The notes beneath the pieces were generated by a model that saw only the letters and a list, made by a program, of their open reading frames with translations, had not been told where the DNA came from and did not search any database. From a virus (taxonomy: Duplodnaviria; Caudoviricetes), in IMG/VR virus record IMGVR_UViG_3300037692_000261, positions 1 to 26,202 of that record: DNA of 26,202 nucleotides. One strand, given 5' to 3'. This document shows positions 4,795-13,723 of this stretch, one piece after another; the first letter of the stretch is position 1; every line of letters starts with the position of its first letter. The position numbers were made by a program, and so were the translations under genes.

Positions 4795-7340
4795 ATGAGT
4801 AAGCCTTGTCGGTAGCGGTCCATGGTTTCGCGGCCTTCCTGTACCGAAAACCATGTTTTTACTTCGTACAAATTTCCACCCTTAATTTTTGCAACTACCA
4901 CCATTGTTTCGTCGGTGTTATACTTAATGAAAACGTACTGGTCGAAAGTATCGGAGCCCGCCGCATTAATCCAAACCTCATCGGGGACTTTTAGCGTTTC
5001 CGATGCCGATTTTATGTAAGGTACCCGTTCTTGCAACTTGGTTGAATGGCCTTTTAAATAGCGTTTCAATGAGAATTCAATTTTTCGGTCGTTATAGTCG
5101 GTGAAGAAGGTTTTGCCATCCTCTTTTTTCAAGCCGTTTACATAATCTTCAATTGTTCCCTGATACTTCGCCACTGCTGTGGCTGCTTTTTTTCGGTTTG
5201 CTTCAAAACTGCCAAGCTTATAGGTATTGTAGTTCACATTCTTTAACAAGCGTTTGGCCATGGTCGGAAATTTTTTGATGTACAATTGGTTGGCATTAAA
5301 TAACTGTGGTGTTAAAGCCCTGTTTACTCCAAATCCCTGTGCTTTTGCAGCTTTAAATTCTGGGCCTTTAATATAGGCATCAGCTTTTGCACGCATGGCT
5401 TTAAGGTCAACTGAACTTACTTCGTGGGCCATAACGCCAACTACATAGCAGCGGCATTTCCAGCCGTTTGGGGGCCATATTTGCGCCCAGCGCGGATCGT
5501 TTGCAGCAAGAATAAGCCCGTTCAACGCAGCATGTTCCGGGCGCGTACGTTCGTCGATCACGGCCACATACTTCCAGTATGGAAAAAGATGAGTTTTGCT
5601 TTTAAGGCGGTTATAATTGGCAGTACTTTCGCTTATTAGCGTTGCGCTTTGCCATTCGGTTTTTTGCCAGGTTTTATTAAACACATCGACCTTTTCGACG
5701 GCCGATTTGTAAAAATCGTCAAAGCTTTTACTTTTTCGGTATAAACCGTTAAGGGTTTGCAATTCGGCCACTGTTTTAGCTGCCGAAAAGTGAAAAATAT
5801 TCAACTCCTGAGCCGTCCTAAAAGCATCGTTTTGGTGTTTGTAGGTAAAACCGAGATCGGCCATCTCGACAAGCTCGATGACCGCACCGCTGTCGGAAAG
5901 GCGCGTTGGTTTAGCGTCGAGCGCGGTGATAAGGTTAAGGCTTATGAAAGCAAACAAATCGGGATAAAAAGTTTCACCTTCAATCGCAGCGTTAATGATG
6001 CGATCACTTAAACTTTCGTCAGAAAGTTTTACTCCCCATTCAGGGAGCTGGGGTGGTGTGTGGAATTTGGATGTTGCCCCGCTCCCCGGGGCCGATGCGA
6101 AAAAATCCAACAGCTGTTTAAAAAAGTTTCGATCAGATTGTTGAATGTTGCCATCGGGCTGTGGTGTTGGATCGCCTGCTACCCGACTTATTTGTTCGAC
6201 ACCTGGCATATTTCGGCGGGCAATTGGCTCACCGTCCTGGGCTTCGGGTATTCCAAATTTTTCGAAGATGAAATAGGCCGGAATATCAACTATGTCGCTT
6301 AAAGATACAATATCGTCCACGGTAAGGCTGTCGGGAGCTTCCGGGAATATGAATGTACCACCACCTACCGGAAAACCACGGCTTTCCAGAATAGGCTTAA
6401 CAATGTAATTAAGGATGCGGCCAACATACTTCATGTCAGCTTTTGTCTTATCCTGCTGTACTTCCATGTGGACCTCGCTCTGGCTGCGACTACTACCGTC
6501 GAGCGTGGTCATGGTTTGTCCGAGGATGGTAATAAGCATCTCTTCATTACAGGCTTTGCGAAAATCGTTATAGCTCGTGTTTGATGAACCATTTGCACCA
6601 TCGCTGCTTTCCGTTACATCGGCCTCTTTTGGTATAACTATCCAGGGTGCCGATCCTGCTTTTTCGGCAGCATCTTCTAAAAGTTGTTTTGTGGCCGGAT
6701 CGGTAGCACTGTACTTGAAAACGCGCTTAGGCATGCCAAACACTTCGAGCCATTCGGCCCAATCGCCAAATCCTCCACGCTTCCATATGGCATAAGGTGC
6801 AGCTTTAAGCAATAAACCAAAATCACGAGGTTTTCCTACAATCAATAAATGATCGTCAATACTGTAATCGATACCCGTTTCGTCAGTATCGTTAATCAAG
6901 ATCATCTTGTTTTCGGGACGAATGTATTTGGTTGGGATTGGTTCAAAATTGAAACTGTTTTCGATTTCGACATTAAAGTCGAACTCACCACCTGCGCGAC
7001 CTTTGAAAATTTTCCACATAATTTCCCCCAGCAGGCTTTCGAAGCCGGGTGAATCGATCATGCTGATTATTTCTTCGACTTCCTCGCCGTTTTCGTCGTG
7101 AAAGGTTAATTCAGACAGCTTTACCGCATCGATGCGCTTGTCGATAGCATCGCTTAACACGCCATCGATCAACAAATCGTCGAAGAGGTCGTACAATGCT
7201 TTGACTTTTCCTTTATCGGCACTTTGCAGAGCTGTGCGCCATGCCCCCACATCGCTTGTGGTACGTTGTGGTGTTTTTATGATGATCTGGTTTACCACCA
7301 AATTTTCATTGCCTGTACTTTTTTTAACTTTTACTGCCAT
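4767..7340 (-). CDS. Portal protein (DUF935/Mu gp29-like) fused to MuF (gp30-like) and a C-terminal PBECR2-like nuclease domain
   Basis: Portal motifs GLLLKAAP..IWKR, W.E.FGMP, ILGQTMTT..GSSRSQSEVH; MuF motif YVAVIDERTRPEH...PPNGWKCRC; C-terminal TLKVPDEVW...YVFIKY...KTWF. Confidence 0.85.
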   Translation of the reverse strand: MAVKVKKSTGNENLVVNQIIIKTPQRTTSDVGAWRTALQSADKGKVKALYDLFDDLLIDGVLSDAIDKRIDAVKLSELTFHDENGEEVEEIISMIDSPGFESLLGEIMWKIFKGRAGGEFDFNVEIENSFNFEPIPTKYIRPENKMILINDTDETGIDYSIDDHLLIVGKPRDFGLLLKAAPYAIWKRGGFGDWAEWLEVFGMPKRVFKYSATDPATKQLLEDAAEKAGSAPWIVIPKEADVTESSDGANGSSNTSYNDFRKACNEEMLITILGQTMTTLDGSSRSQSEVHMEVQQDKTKADMKYVGRILNYIVKPILESRGFPVGGGTFIFPEAPDSLTVDDIVSLSDIVDIPAYFIFEKFGIPEAQDGEPIARRNMPGVEQISRVAGDPTPQPDGNIQQSDRNFFKQLLDFFASAPGSGATSKFHTPPQLPEWGVKLSDESLSDRIINAAIEGETFYPDLFAFISLNLITALDAKPTRLSDSGAVIELVEMADLGFTYKHQNDAFRTAQELNIFHFSAAKTVAELQTLNGLYRKSKSFDDFYKSAVEKVDVFNKTWQKTEWQSATLISESTANYNRLKSKTHLFPYWKYVAVIDERTRPEHAALNGLILAANDPRWAQIWPPNGWKCRCYVVGVMAHEVSSVDLKAMRAKADAYIKGPEFKAAKAQGFGVNRALTPQLFNANQLYIKKFPTMAKRLLKNVNYNTYKLGSFEANRKKAATAVAKYQGTIEDYVNGLKKEDGKTFFTDYNDRKIEFSLKRYLKGHSTKLQERVPYIKSASETLKVPDEVWINAAGSDTFDQYVFIKYNTDETMVVVAKIKGGNLYEVKTWFSVQEGRETMDRYRQGLLIKKPGKMPG
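4771..4794 (+). terminator. Intrinsic terminator overlapping the last codons of the portal-MuF gene on the opposite strand
   Basis: CCTGGCA-ttt-TGCCGGG followed by T7. Confidence 0.7.
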
Positions 7341-7369
7341 AATTTAAGTCATTAATAAATAGTTATTAA

Positions 7370-7789
7370 TTAGAAATGCTGCGATTTTTTTGCATTGCTG
7401 CCGTAGCGTATCTGAGCAGTATATTCAACGCCGTCGGTGGTTTCTAGGGTTGGTAAGTCGGGGACAATATTCCCTTTCATTACATCTTTTAACCAGGTAA
7501 CGGCACGGTCGTACACCTGTTTGCGATATTCGTAATTGACACCTGCAGCCGATAGCTTCACGAGGTGAAAAGCGGCAAGGTCCTTACACATTGTTAACAG
7601 CAATTGATTACGGCTACTGCTGGTTTGTGCAAAAATGGTATCCTTGTCGTAATTGCTCAGGTAGCCTTTAGCTTCCGATACTGCCGTATCGATCGCCGAG
7701 GTAACAAGTGTATCGTCGCTTCGGGTAATTACGTCTACATTTTCCTCGTAGAGGTAATTTTTCATTTCTGTAATGCTTATGAATGACAT
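7370..7789 (-). CDS. Mu gp36-like (DUF1320) head-tail adaptor
   Basis: AVSEAKGYL..YD, DLAAFHL, YDRAVTWLKDV.KG...PDLP. Confidence 0.85.
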   Translation of the reverse strand: MSFISITEMKNYLYEENVDVITRSDDTLVTSAIDTAVSEAKGYLSNYDKDTIFAQTSSSRNQLLLTMCKDLAAFHLVKLSAAGVNYEYRKQVYDRAVTWLKDVMKGNIVPDLPTLETTDGVEYTAQIRYGSNAKKSQHF

Positions 7790-8094
7790 GGCTCTGTGAA
7801 TTTAGGTGTTTCAGTATTAGTGTCGAAATAGCAAAAAGGCTGCATGTTTGTTGCATTTACGTGCCAATCCCAATTACCGAAATGCTTTTGGCGTTGAATG
7901 TCTTGTCGGGTCATTGCCCGGTATTTACGGCCAACGAAAAAAACCCGGTAGCGTTTTCGTTTTTTCGGGTTGATGTGCGATGCTTCGTGCAGCTTTTTAG
8001 CTTTTTTAATAGCACGTTTCAACTTCCACGGGCTACCGTGCCAGCGGGTACCAAGGTTAAACCAAATTGCGCGTATGTACATTAAACCTTTCAT
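7777..8094 (-). CDS. Basic hypothetical phage protein
   Basis: 105-aa ORF tightly packed between the terminase and gp36-like genes. Confidence 0.7.
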   Translation of the reverse strand: MKGLMYIRAIWFNLGTRWHGSPWKLKRAIKKAKKLHEASHINPKKRKRYRVFFVGRKYRAMTRQDIQRQKHFGNWDWHVNATNMQPFCYFDTNTETPKFTEPCHS

Positions 8095-8095
8095 T

Positions 8096-9640
8096 TTAAA
8101 ATCGTTTTTTAGAGTTATGTTTTACCCGTCCAATTTTGATAGTGTCGGGCTTAATTGATGCAATTTTTTCGTTAATAATCCATACCCCACCTTCGATACA
8201 ATCGGGACCATCGGCAGGGGCTTTCAACTGCATTGTAAACAGCTTAAACTGCTCTTCGAGACGTAACATGTGCGGATTGTTTTTTTCATCTTCATTCAGG
8301 ATTAACTGACCATTACGGTTCAGCGGTTCGAGATTACCTTCGATACGTGTTGGCTTTTCGGGCTTACGGCGATCGTCGGGCGAAATGCTTATGAACCCGT
8401 CTGTTTTGCCTTTTTCAAATAACGCGGGTTTAGTTACCTGCTCATAGAAGGGGTCCTGGAGGCTATTGTTTTCGATGTAGTTGTACACCTGTGTTTTATC
8501 GCCTACATACTTTTTTTGATCGTAAAACCAGTTGATGAAAGTGGCCTGTGGTGCCTGTTCGAGAAAACCATGGTATACGTAAAACTTGCCATCTTTATAT
8601 CCAATTAAGAACTGCGATTTGAACGAAACGCCTTTCTTTTGCTTATCCTTATTGCTTGGTGAAGGGTCGGAATAGTTCACCACGAAAGGGAGCGACGAAA
8701 GTGGAGGGCATTTGCCCCATACCATTTCTTTGAATATGTCGCCTTCGCTTAACGGGTTGTTCATATACTCACCTTCGTAAGCCATGGTACTTATTTTTGC
8801 CTTGATGCGGGCAATGTGTTCGGGTTTATTTTTTTCGGGCCATGAGCTTTCGCCGGTTTTGGTTTCGAGGTTAACCGTATCGGTTTTATCGGCTTTTTCC
8901 GATGCTCGTACTACGCAGCAATCCTTTGCTATCATATTGCCTAACCAAATGTATTGCGTATCCTTCGAAACCGAACGGGTTGGAAAAACGGCTTTTTCGA
9001 ACCATTCCCAACGCTTGCTAATTACGTCGGGGTTACGTACATCCTCATCGGTATCGATATCAGAAATAATAATCTTATCGGGCCTTACCTCTTCATCGCG
9101 GCTACCACGGGGCGACTGCCCGGCACCAACGGCCAAAAAACTTGCGCCCTGTGTTGTGGTAAAATCACCATCAGCCCAACTGCCTGCCATTTGTTGCGTG
9201 CCGTAATCGGCAATAATACGGGCGTTACTTTCGAGATTTATTTTGTACGGTTTTAGTAAATCGCAAGCTTTATCGTAGCTGTTTGATATGAACAGTACAT
9301 TACGCTTTTGTTTCGTTAAAACCTGCTTTATGGTCACCATCATTTCAACCACATCCTTTGCAAGTTCACGGCTCCATAGGCGGACTTCGTACCACTCGGG
9401 GTTTGACAGTTCGCGGTTCATTGCCCTGATGTGAAAACCAGGTGACGGCGCATAGCAATATTTTGGAAAGTAATAGGCACACCATTGGCGGTTATCGGCT
9501 TCGAGGCGGGAAATGCGCTTTTTTCGTTCACTTTCGGTTTCGTTTGTCGCAGCTTCAACATCGGCAATAAAGCTTTCGTAGTAGCTGTCCCAGTCGCGCC
9601 CGGCCTGCCTGTCAATTGGTTTTAGAGTAGTACCAGCCAT
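8096..9640 (-). CDS. Terminase large subunit
   Basis: WSRELAK Walker-A-like, GAGQSPRG, RPD...D.D, EYMNNP, YSDPS, C-terminal DGPDCIEG. Confidence 0.88.
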   Translation of the reverse strand: MAGTTLKPIDRQAGRDWDSYYESFIADVEAATNETESERKKRISRLEADNRQWCAYYFPKYCYAPSPGFHIRAMNRELSNPEWYEVRLWSRELAKDVVEMMVTIKQVLTKQKRNVLFISNSYDKACDLLKPYKINLESNARIIADYGTQQMAGSWADGDFTTTQGASFLAVGAGQSPRGSRDEEVRPDKIIISDIDTDEDVRNPDVISKRWEWFEKAVFPTRSVSKDTQYIWLGNMIAKDCCVVRASEKADKTDTVNLETKTGESSWPEKNKPEHIARIKAKISTMAYEGEYMNNPLSEGDIFKEMVWGKCPPLSSLPFVVNYSDPSPSNKDKQKKGVSFKSQFLIGYKDGKFYVYHGFLEQAPQATFINWFYDQKKYVGDKTQVYNYIENNSLQDPFYEQVTKPALFEKGKTDGFISISPDDRRKPEKPTRIEGNLEPLNRNGQLILNEDEKNNPHMLRLEEQFKLFTMQLKAPADGPDCIEGGVWIINEKIASIKPDTIKIGRVKHNSKKRF

Positions 9641-9642
9641 CC

Positions 9643-10092
9643 TTACCGCTTTAGAAGGTCCTTAATAAAATCGTTGCAAATGTTCACAACGTGAAGGGTA
9701 TCGGGGTGGTTTTGCGAACGCATCCAGTCGCCCAGGCGTTTGGCAACTTCAACGATATCAGAAATACTAGCATCGGTTTCGAGGCGTTGTATTGAGGTGG
9801 TGAGCTTGCTTATAGTATCGGCCTCTTTGGGGTCGGCAAAGCGTTTACCGGCTTCGCGGTTCATAATGTGCGTGTTCAATTCATCAAGCTGCATATACAG
9901 GCGTTCGAGCTGGGCTGTTCGGGTGGCCAGCATAGAGCGGCGCAGGCTTTCCCAATTAAACTTTTTAAACCATTTATTCATGGTAATGGGTGTGACGCCT
10001 ACTATTTCGGCAGCTTCTTTTTGCGTGTGGCCCTGTTTACATATAAGGTCCTGCGCCCAGCGTTGCCTGTCGTTCATTTTTAAAGCTCCCAT
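9643..10092 (-). CDS. Putative terminase small subunit with N-terminal HTH
   Basis: TQKEAAEIVGVTPITMNKW HTH followed by W; immediately upstream of TerL; ATG at 10092 preferred. Confidence 0.8.
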   Translation of the reverse strand: MGALKMNDRQRWAQDLICKQGHTQKEAAEIVGVTPITMNKWFKKFNWESLRRSMLATRTAQLERLYMQLDELNTHIMNREAGKRFADPKEADTISKLTTSIQRLETDASISDIVEVAKRLGDWMRSQNHPDTLHVVNICNDFIKDLLKR

Positions 10093-10131
10093 AATGCTGA
10101 TTTTTAACACGAAACTAAGCCTTACGCATGC

Positions 10132-10215
10132 GCAAATCTAATTTTTGCGTCATTGTGACACTATATAATGTCACAATGGCACTAAAATTTGAAAAGGTCT
10201 GATTTATAGATTTGC
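10132..10215. promoter_or_regulatory. Divergent late promoter pair with central dyad operator
   Basis: TAGATTTGC on both strands (minus 10132-10140, plus 10207-10215); perfect inverted repeat CATTGTGACA-N8-TGTCACAATG (10151-10178). Confidence 0.7.
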
Positions 10216-10238
10216 TTAGTGTTTCAAAAATTAAAGAA

Positions 10239-11231
10239 ATGCCAAAAAGCTTTGTATTACATGATGAAACAGTGAATACTTACGGGTTTAGGATGCTTAC
10301 AAGTGGTGCTGATTTAACAGAGTTTCGAAAAAATCCCGTTATGTTGTTGAATCATAACGATTGGGATTTACCAATCGGGCGATGGGAAAATATAAGAATT
10401 GAAGGCACACGCATATTAGCCGATCCGGTTTTCAATCTTGGTGATTTGCGCGAACGCGGGGGCAAAGTAATTGCTGACATGGTTGAGCATGATTTTTTGA
10501 GAATGGCAAGCATTGGGGCGTGGCCACCTGAAGAGGTAAGCGACGAATTGATGTTTAAACTCGATGGTCAATTACGACCAACTGTACTTAAATGGAAGGC
10601 CCGCGAAGCTTCAATTACTACAATTGGTAGCAATCACAATGCGCTGGCTTTTTATGACAAAGAGGGAAATATTATTGATTTGGCCGATACCGGCAAAATA
10701 ATTCAATTGATGGATAAGGCAACAAAAATTTCAAAATATGAAAATATGAATGAACTCAATCAGATTTTAAAACTGTCTGACACGGCCACAATGGCCGAAC
10801 AGGCAATGGCGGTTCGTAACCTGGTTAGCGAGCGCGACCGCCTAAAGGCCGAGAACGTTACCCTTAGCGATAAGGTGACCAACTTGAACAAAGCCGAAAA
10901 GGAAAAGAAACAAGCCGAGGCTATTGCCCTGGTTGATACTGCCGTTAAAGACGGACGTTTGGACGCAAAAGGCAAGGATAATTTTATTAAGCTTTTCGAC
11001 CTCGATTTCGACAATGCAAAGGCTACTTTAGAAGCATTGCCAAAACGCAAAAGCGTTGTTGATCAGATTGAAGCCGGAAGCAAAGATTCGATTGAATTGG
11101 CCGACCTGCAGAAAAAGAGCTGGAAAGAGCTGGATAAAGCTGGTAAACTTACCATGCTGCGCGATAAGCATTACGATGTTTACGAGCAGAAATTTGAAGC
11201 AGAATTTGGTTGCAAACCTCAAAAAGCGTAA
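10239..11231 (+). CDS. Prohead protease with C-terminal scaffold domain
   Basis: DETVNTYGFR, NPVMLLNH, PIGRW, MASIG, EASI..IGSN; coiled-coil C-terminus with LVDTAVKDGR. Confidence 0.88.
   Translation: MPKSFVLHDETVNTYGFRMLTSGADLTEFRKNPVMLLNHNDWDLPIGRWENIRIEGTRILADPVFNLGDLRERGGKVIADMVEHDFLRMASIGAWPPEEVSDELMFKLDGQLRPTVLKWKAREASITTIGSNHNALAFYDKEGNIIDLADTGKIIQLMDKATKISKYENMNELNQILKLSDTATMAEQAMAVRNLVSERDRLKAENVTLSDKVTNLNKAEKEKKQAEAIALVDTAVKDGRLDAKGKDNFIKLFDLDFDNAKATLEALPKRKSVVDQIEAGSKDSIELADLQKKSWKELDKAGKLTMLRDKHYDVYEQKFEAEFGCKPQKA
10746..11231 (+). CDS. Possible nested in-frame scaffolding protein (as Mu I/Z)
   Basis: In-frame ATG at 10746 behind an A-rich leader (TCAAAATATGAAAATATG) at the protease/coiled-coil boundary. 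Confidence 0.5.
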   Translation: MNELNQILKLSDTATMAEQAMAVRNLVSERDRLKAENVTLSDKVTNLNKAEKEKKQAEAIALVDTAVKDGRLDAKGKDNFIKLFDLDFDNAKATLEALPKRKSVVDQIEAGSKDSIELADLQKKSWKELDKAGKLTMLRDKHYDVYEQKFEAEFGCKPQKA

Positions 11232-11234
11232 GCC

Positions 11235-11645
11235 ATGACCTGGATAAAAGAAGACAAAACAAACGACATTAGTTATTCGCATAACTTTGTCGCTCCCGAT
11301 GGTACCGATGATCTGGTAAAAGAAGTTCTTTTCCCGCTAGCAGAGGTTTTTACACCTGATTATGCCGCAACGCTTGCCGTTGAAGTAAAGCAGATGGACA
11401 ATTTCATTCAGCCTGCCGAACTAACTGGCAATGCTACCATTAATCTCACGATTAACGATCAGGTAACTGCAGGTGCAAAATTGCACTTAAAACTCGATGC
11501 AGATAGTACCGGAAGGGCTATAACGCTGGGAACCGGTTTTGCCGGTTTGAGTGGATTTACTGTGGTGGCCGATACTGTTTGGTGCGTGAGTTTCGTTTAC
11601 GACGGCACTTCGTTTCTACCAATGTACAGCGCGCCATCGGCGTAA
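11235..11645 (+). CDS. Hypothetical virion protein (possible head decoration)
   Basis: 136-aa beta-rich ORF between the protease and capsid genes. Confidence 0.6.
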   Translation: MTWIKEDKTNDISYSHNFVAPDGTDDLVKEVLFPLAEVFTPDYAATLAVEVKQMDNFIQPAELTGNATINLTINDQVTAGAKLHLKLDADSTGRAITLGTGFAGLSGFTVVADTVWCVSFVYDGTSFLPMYSAPSA

Positions 11646-11671
11646 TAGTGTAAACAACAAAAAACAATAAT

Positions 11672-12733
11672 ATGAAAACAAACAAGATTATCACACTATT
11701 AACCGCGCTGCTTTTCAATGTATTGGCAGGCGGATTTGTTGCCGGGGCAACCGGCATTAACCCAATACTGCTAGTTGGTGGAGGTACGGCTTTTACAAGT
11801 CTATTTGGTTCAACCGTTGCCAATGTTTTGCCGATGGCGATACAGAAGGAAATTTGGACCGGTAGTTTGGTCGAAAATATTTTTGCCGACAACAGTTTTA
11901 TGAGCCGGGCAACCAACCTGGACGAATTTGTAATGCAAGGCAAAATTGTTCATATACCACAAGCCGGTAGTGCAAGCAATGTTGAAAAAAACCGTACAAG
12001 CTTGCCTGCAACCATTAAGGTAAGGCGCGACACCGACTTGTATTTTGGTCTTGACGAATATACTACCGACCCGATTAAGATTGGTAATGCAGAACAGGTT
12101 GAGCTTGCTTATAATAAGCGGGAAAGTATTTTGCGAAACGATAAATCGAACTTAATGGAGGAAGTGGCCGTAAACTTTATATACGATTGGTCGCCAGCGT
12201 CTACTTACGTAACTCGTACTACAGGTTCAAATGTCACTGCTCACGTTGGAACTGGTAGCCGTAAAGCTTTTACTACTGCCGATGTTGATATAGTTGCAAC
12301 TAAGTTTAACGCGCAGGGCATATCCCAAATCGGGCGCGTATGTCTGTTGGATGCTTATATGTATCAGCAATTACTGACCAGTTTAACTGCCTCGCAAAAT
12401 GCCGATTTTAACAAACAGGCTGATTTGGCAAATGGTATACTAGGTAAGTATAACACTTTTGAATTTATGATGCGCGGTACAGCTGCTGTATACTCGGCGG
12501 GGTTGGCACCTAAATTAAACAATGCCACATCTGTTACTACAGATCATGCTGCGGGTTTATTCTGGCACCCGAATAGCGTTGGCCGCGCTTTAGGCGAGGT
12601 TGATGCTTTCGAAGATTTGAAAAATCCTCAATATTACGGCGATATTTATTCATTCCTTATCAGGGCTAAGGGTAAAATTATTGTTGAAAATATGAAGGGT
12701 ATTTGGGCAGTGGTACAAGATACAGCAGCTTAA
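11672..12733 (+). CDS. Major capsid protein with hydrophobic N-terminal extension
   Basis: AIQKEIW...F, VHIPQAG, LDEYTTDP, P.YYGDIYSF; position after the protease. Confidence 0.85.
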   Translation: MKTNKIITLLTALLFNVLAGGFVAGATGINPILLVGGGTAFTSLFGSTVANVLPMAIQKEIWTGSLVENIFADNSFMSRATNLDEFVMQGKIVHIPQAGSASNVEKNRTSLPATIKVRRDTDLYFGLDEYTTDPIKIGNAEQVELAYNKRESILRNDKSNLMEEVAVNFIYDWSPASTYVTRTTGSNVTAHVGTGSRKAFTTADVDIVATKFNAQGISQIGRVCLLDAYMYQQLLTSLTASQNADFNKQADLANGILGKYNTFEFMMRGTAAVYSAGLAPKLNNATSVTTDHAAGLFWHPNSVGRALGEVDAFEDLKNPQYYGDIYSFLIRAKGKIIVENMKGIWAVVQDTAA

Positions 12734-12744
12734 TTGATTGAATT

Positions 12745-12846
12745 ATGCAAACTTCTAAAACAGGCATAGCACTTATTAAATTGAACGAAGGTTTCTGCGG
12801 GACAGCTTATCGCTGCCCCGCCGAGATTAAACTTTATAATAGTTAG
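12745..12846 (+). pseudogene. Truncated GH24 phage lysozyme (33 aa)
   Basis: MQTSKTGIALIKLNEGFCGTAYRCPA matches the GH24 N-terminus (EG...AY.CPAG.WTIGYG) and then breaks off; not in the ORF track. Confidence 0.8.
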
Positions 12847-12848
12847 TT

Positions 12849-13244
12849 ATGTACGATTTTGGGTTTAATATATGGGGGGTAGTTTCAACATTAATTAACG
12901 TGATTTTAGGAGGTGGTTTCATTGTCACTCTAATTACTCTTAAACAGCAAAAAAAACGCAGCCAGGGCGAAGCCGACCAAGCCGCCGCACAGGCTGATAG
13001 TATCGAACTTAACAATGTTGAAAAAGCGATTGAAATTTGGCGCGAAATAGCTACCGACCTTAAATTAAAATTAAAAGAGGCAGAGGAGAAAAGCGACAGA
13101 ATGGCCGATGAGATAGCGCAGTTGCGCACAGAAGTAAAGAGGCTGTCGGTTAGTAACCGAAAAATGATTGAAATGCTGAATAAAATTACCCCCGAAAACC
13201 TTGAACGAATGATCGAAAAAATTAAAGATGAATTTAATAATTAA
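12849..13244 (+). CDS. Putative holin-like lysis protein (N-terminal TM + coiled coil)
   Basis: Single N-terminal TM, basic patch and heptad repeats; follows the lysozyme remnant. Confidence 0.6.
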   Translation: MYDFGFNIWGVVSTLINVILGGGFIVTLITLKQQKKRSQGEADQAAAQADSIELNNVEKAIEIWREIATDLKLKLKEAEEKSDRMADEIAQLRTEVKRLSVSNRKMIEMLNKITPENLERMIEKIKDEFNN

Positions 13245-13248
13245 TATT

Positions 13249-13719
13249 ATGAAAAAATTTCTACGTAATATATGGTCGGGTGTTAAAAAACTGTTCATTA
13301 AAGTGGATGGAAGTGTTGACAAGTTGGCACCTATTGCTATCAATATCGTTCAGGGAATTAAAAAAGTAGTTGACGGACCTGTTGACGATATTGTCGCGGA
13401 AATATTGAAAAAAACAATTCCAGGAGTGGCAGATGATCTACTAATTGATAAGGTTCACGATTTGATTGTAAAATATGTTCCTGAGGCTTTAAGCCGGTTG
13501 TTAATGATACAAAGTATTGCAAACCTTACAAATCCCAACGATCAGCTGCAGGCAATTGTAAAGCAATTGCGTTTAAGTAGCGATCAACAAAAAAATATGA
13601 TCTATCACAACTTGTCGACACTTATTATCGAAAAGTTGGCCGATGGCAAACTCACATGGGGCGAATCGGCAGTAATTTCCGAATATGTATACCAAAATTT
13701 TGTAAAACCTAAAAATTAA
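13249..13719 (+). CDS. Hypothetical phage protein
   Basis: Helical ORF with amphipathic N-terminus; ATG at 13249 follows the previous stop. Confidence 0.7.
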   Translation: MKKFLRNIWSGVKKLFIKVDGSVDKLAPIAINIVQGIKKVVDGPVDDIVAEILKKTIPGVADDLLIDKVHDLIVKYVPEALSRLLMIQSIANLTNPNDQLQAIVKQLRLSSDQQKNMIYHNLSTLIIEKLADGKLTWGESAVISEYVYQNFVKPKN

Positions 13720-13723
13720 AAAT

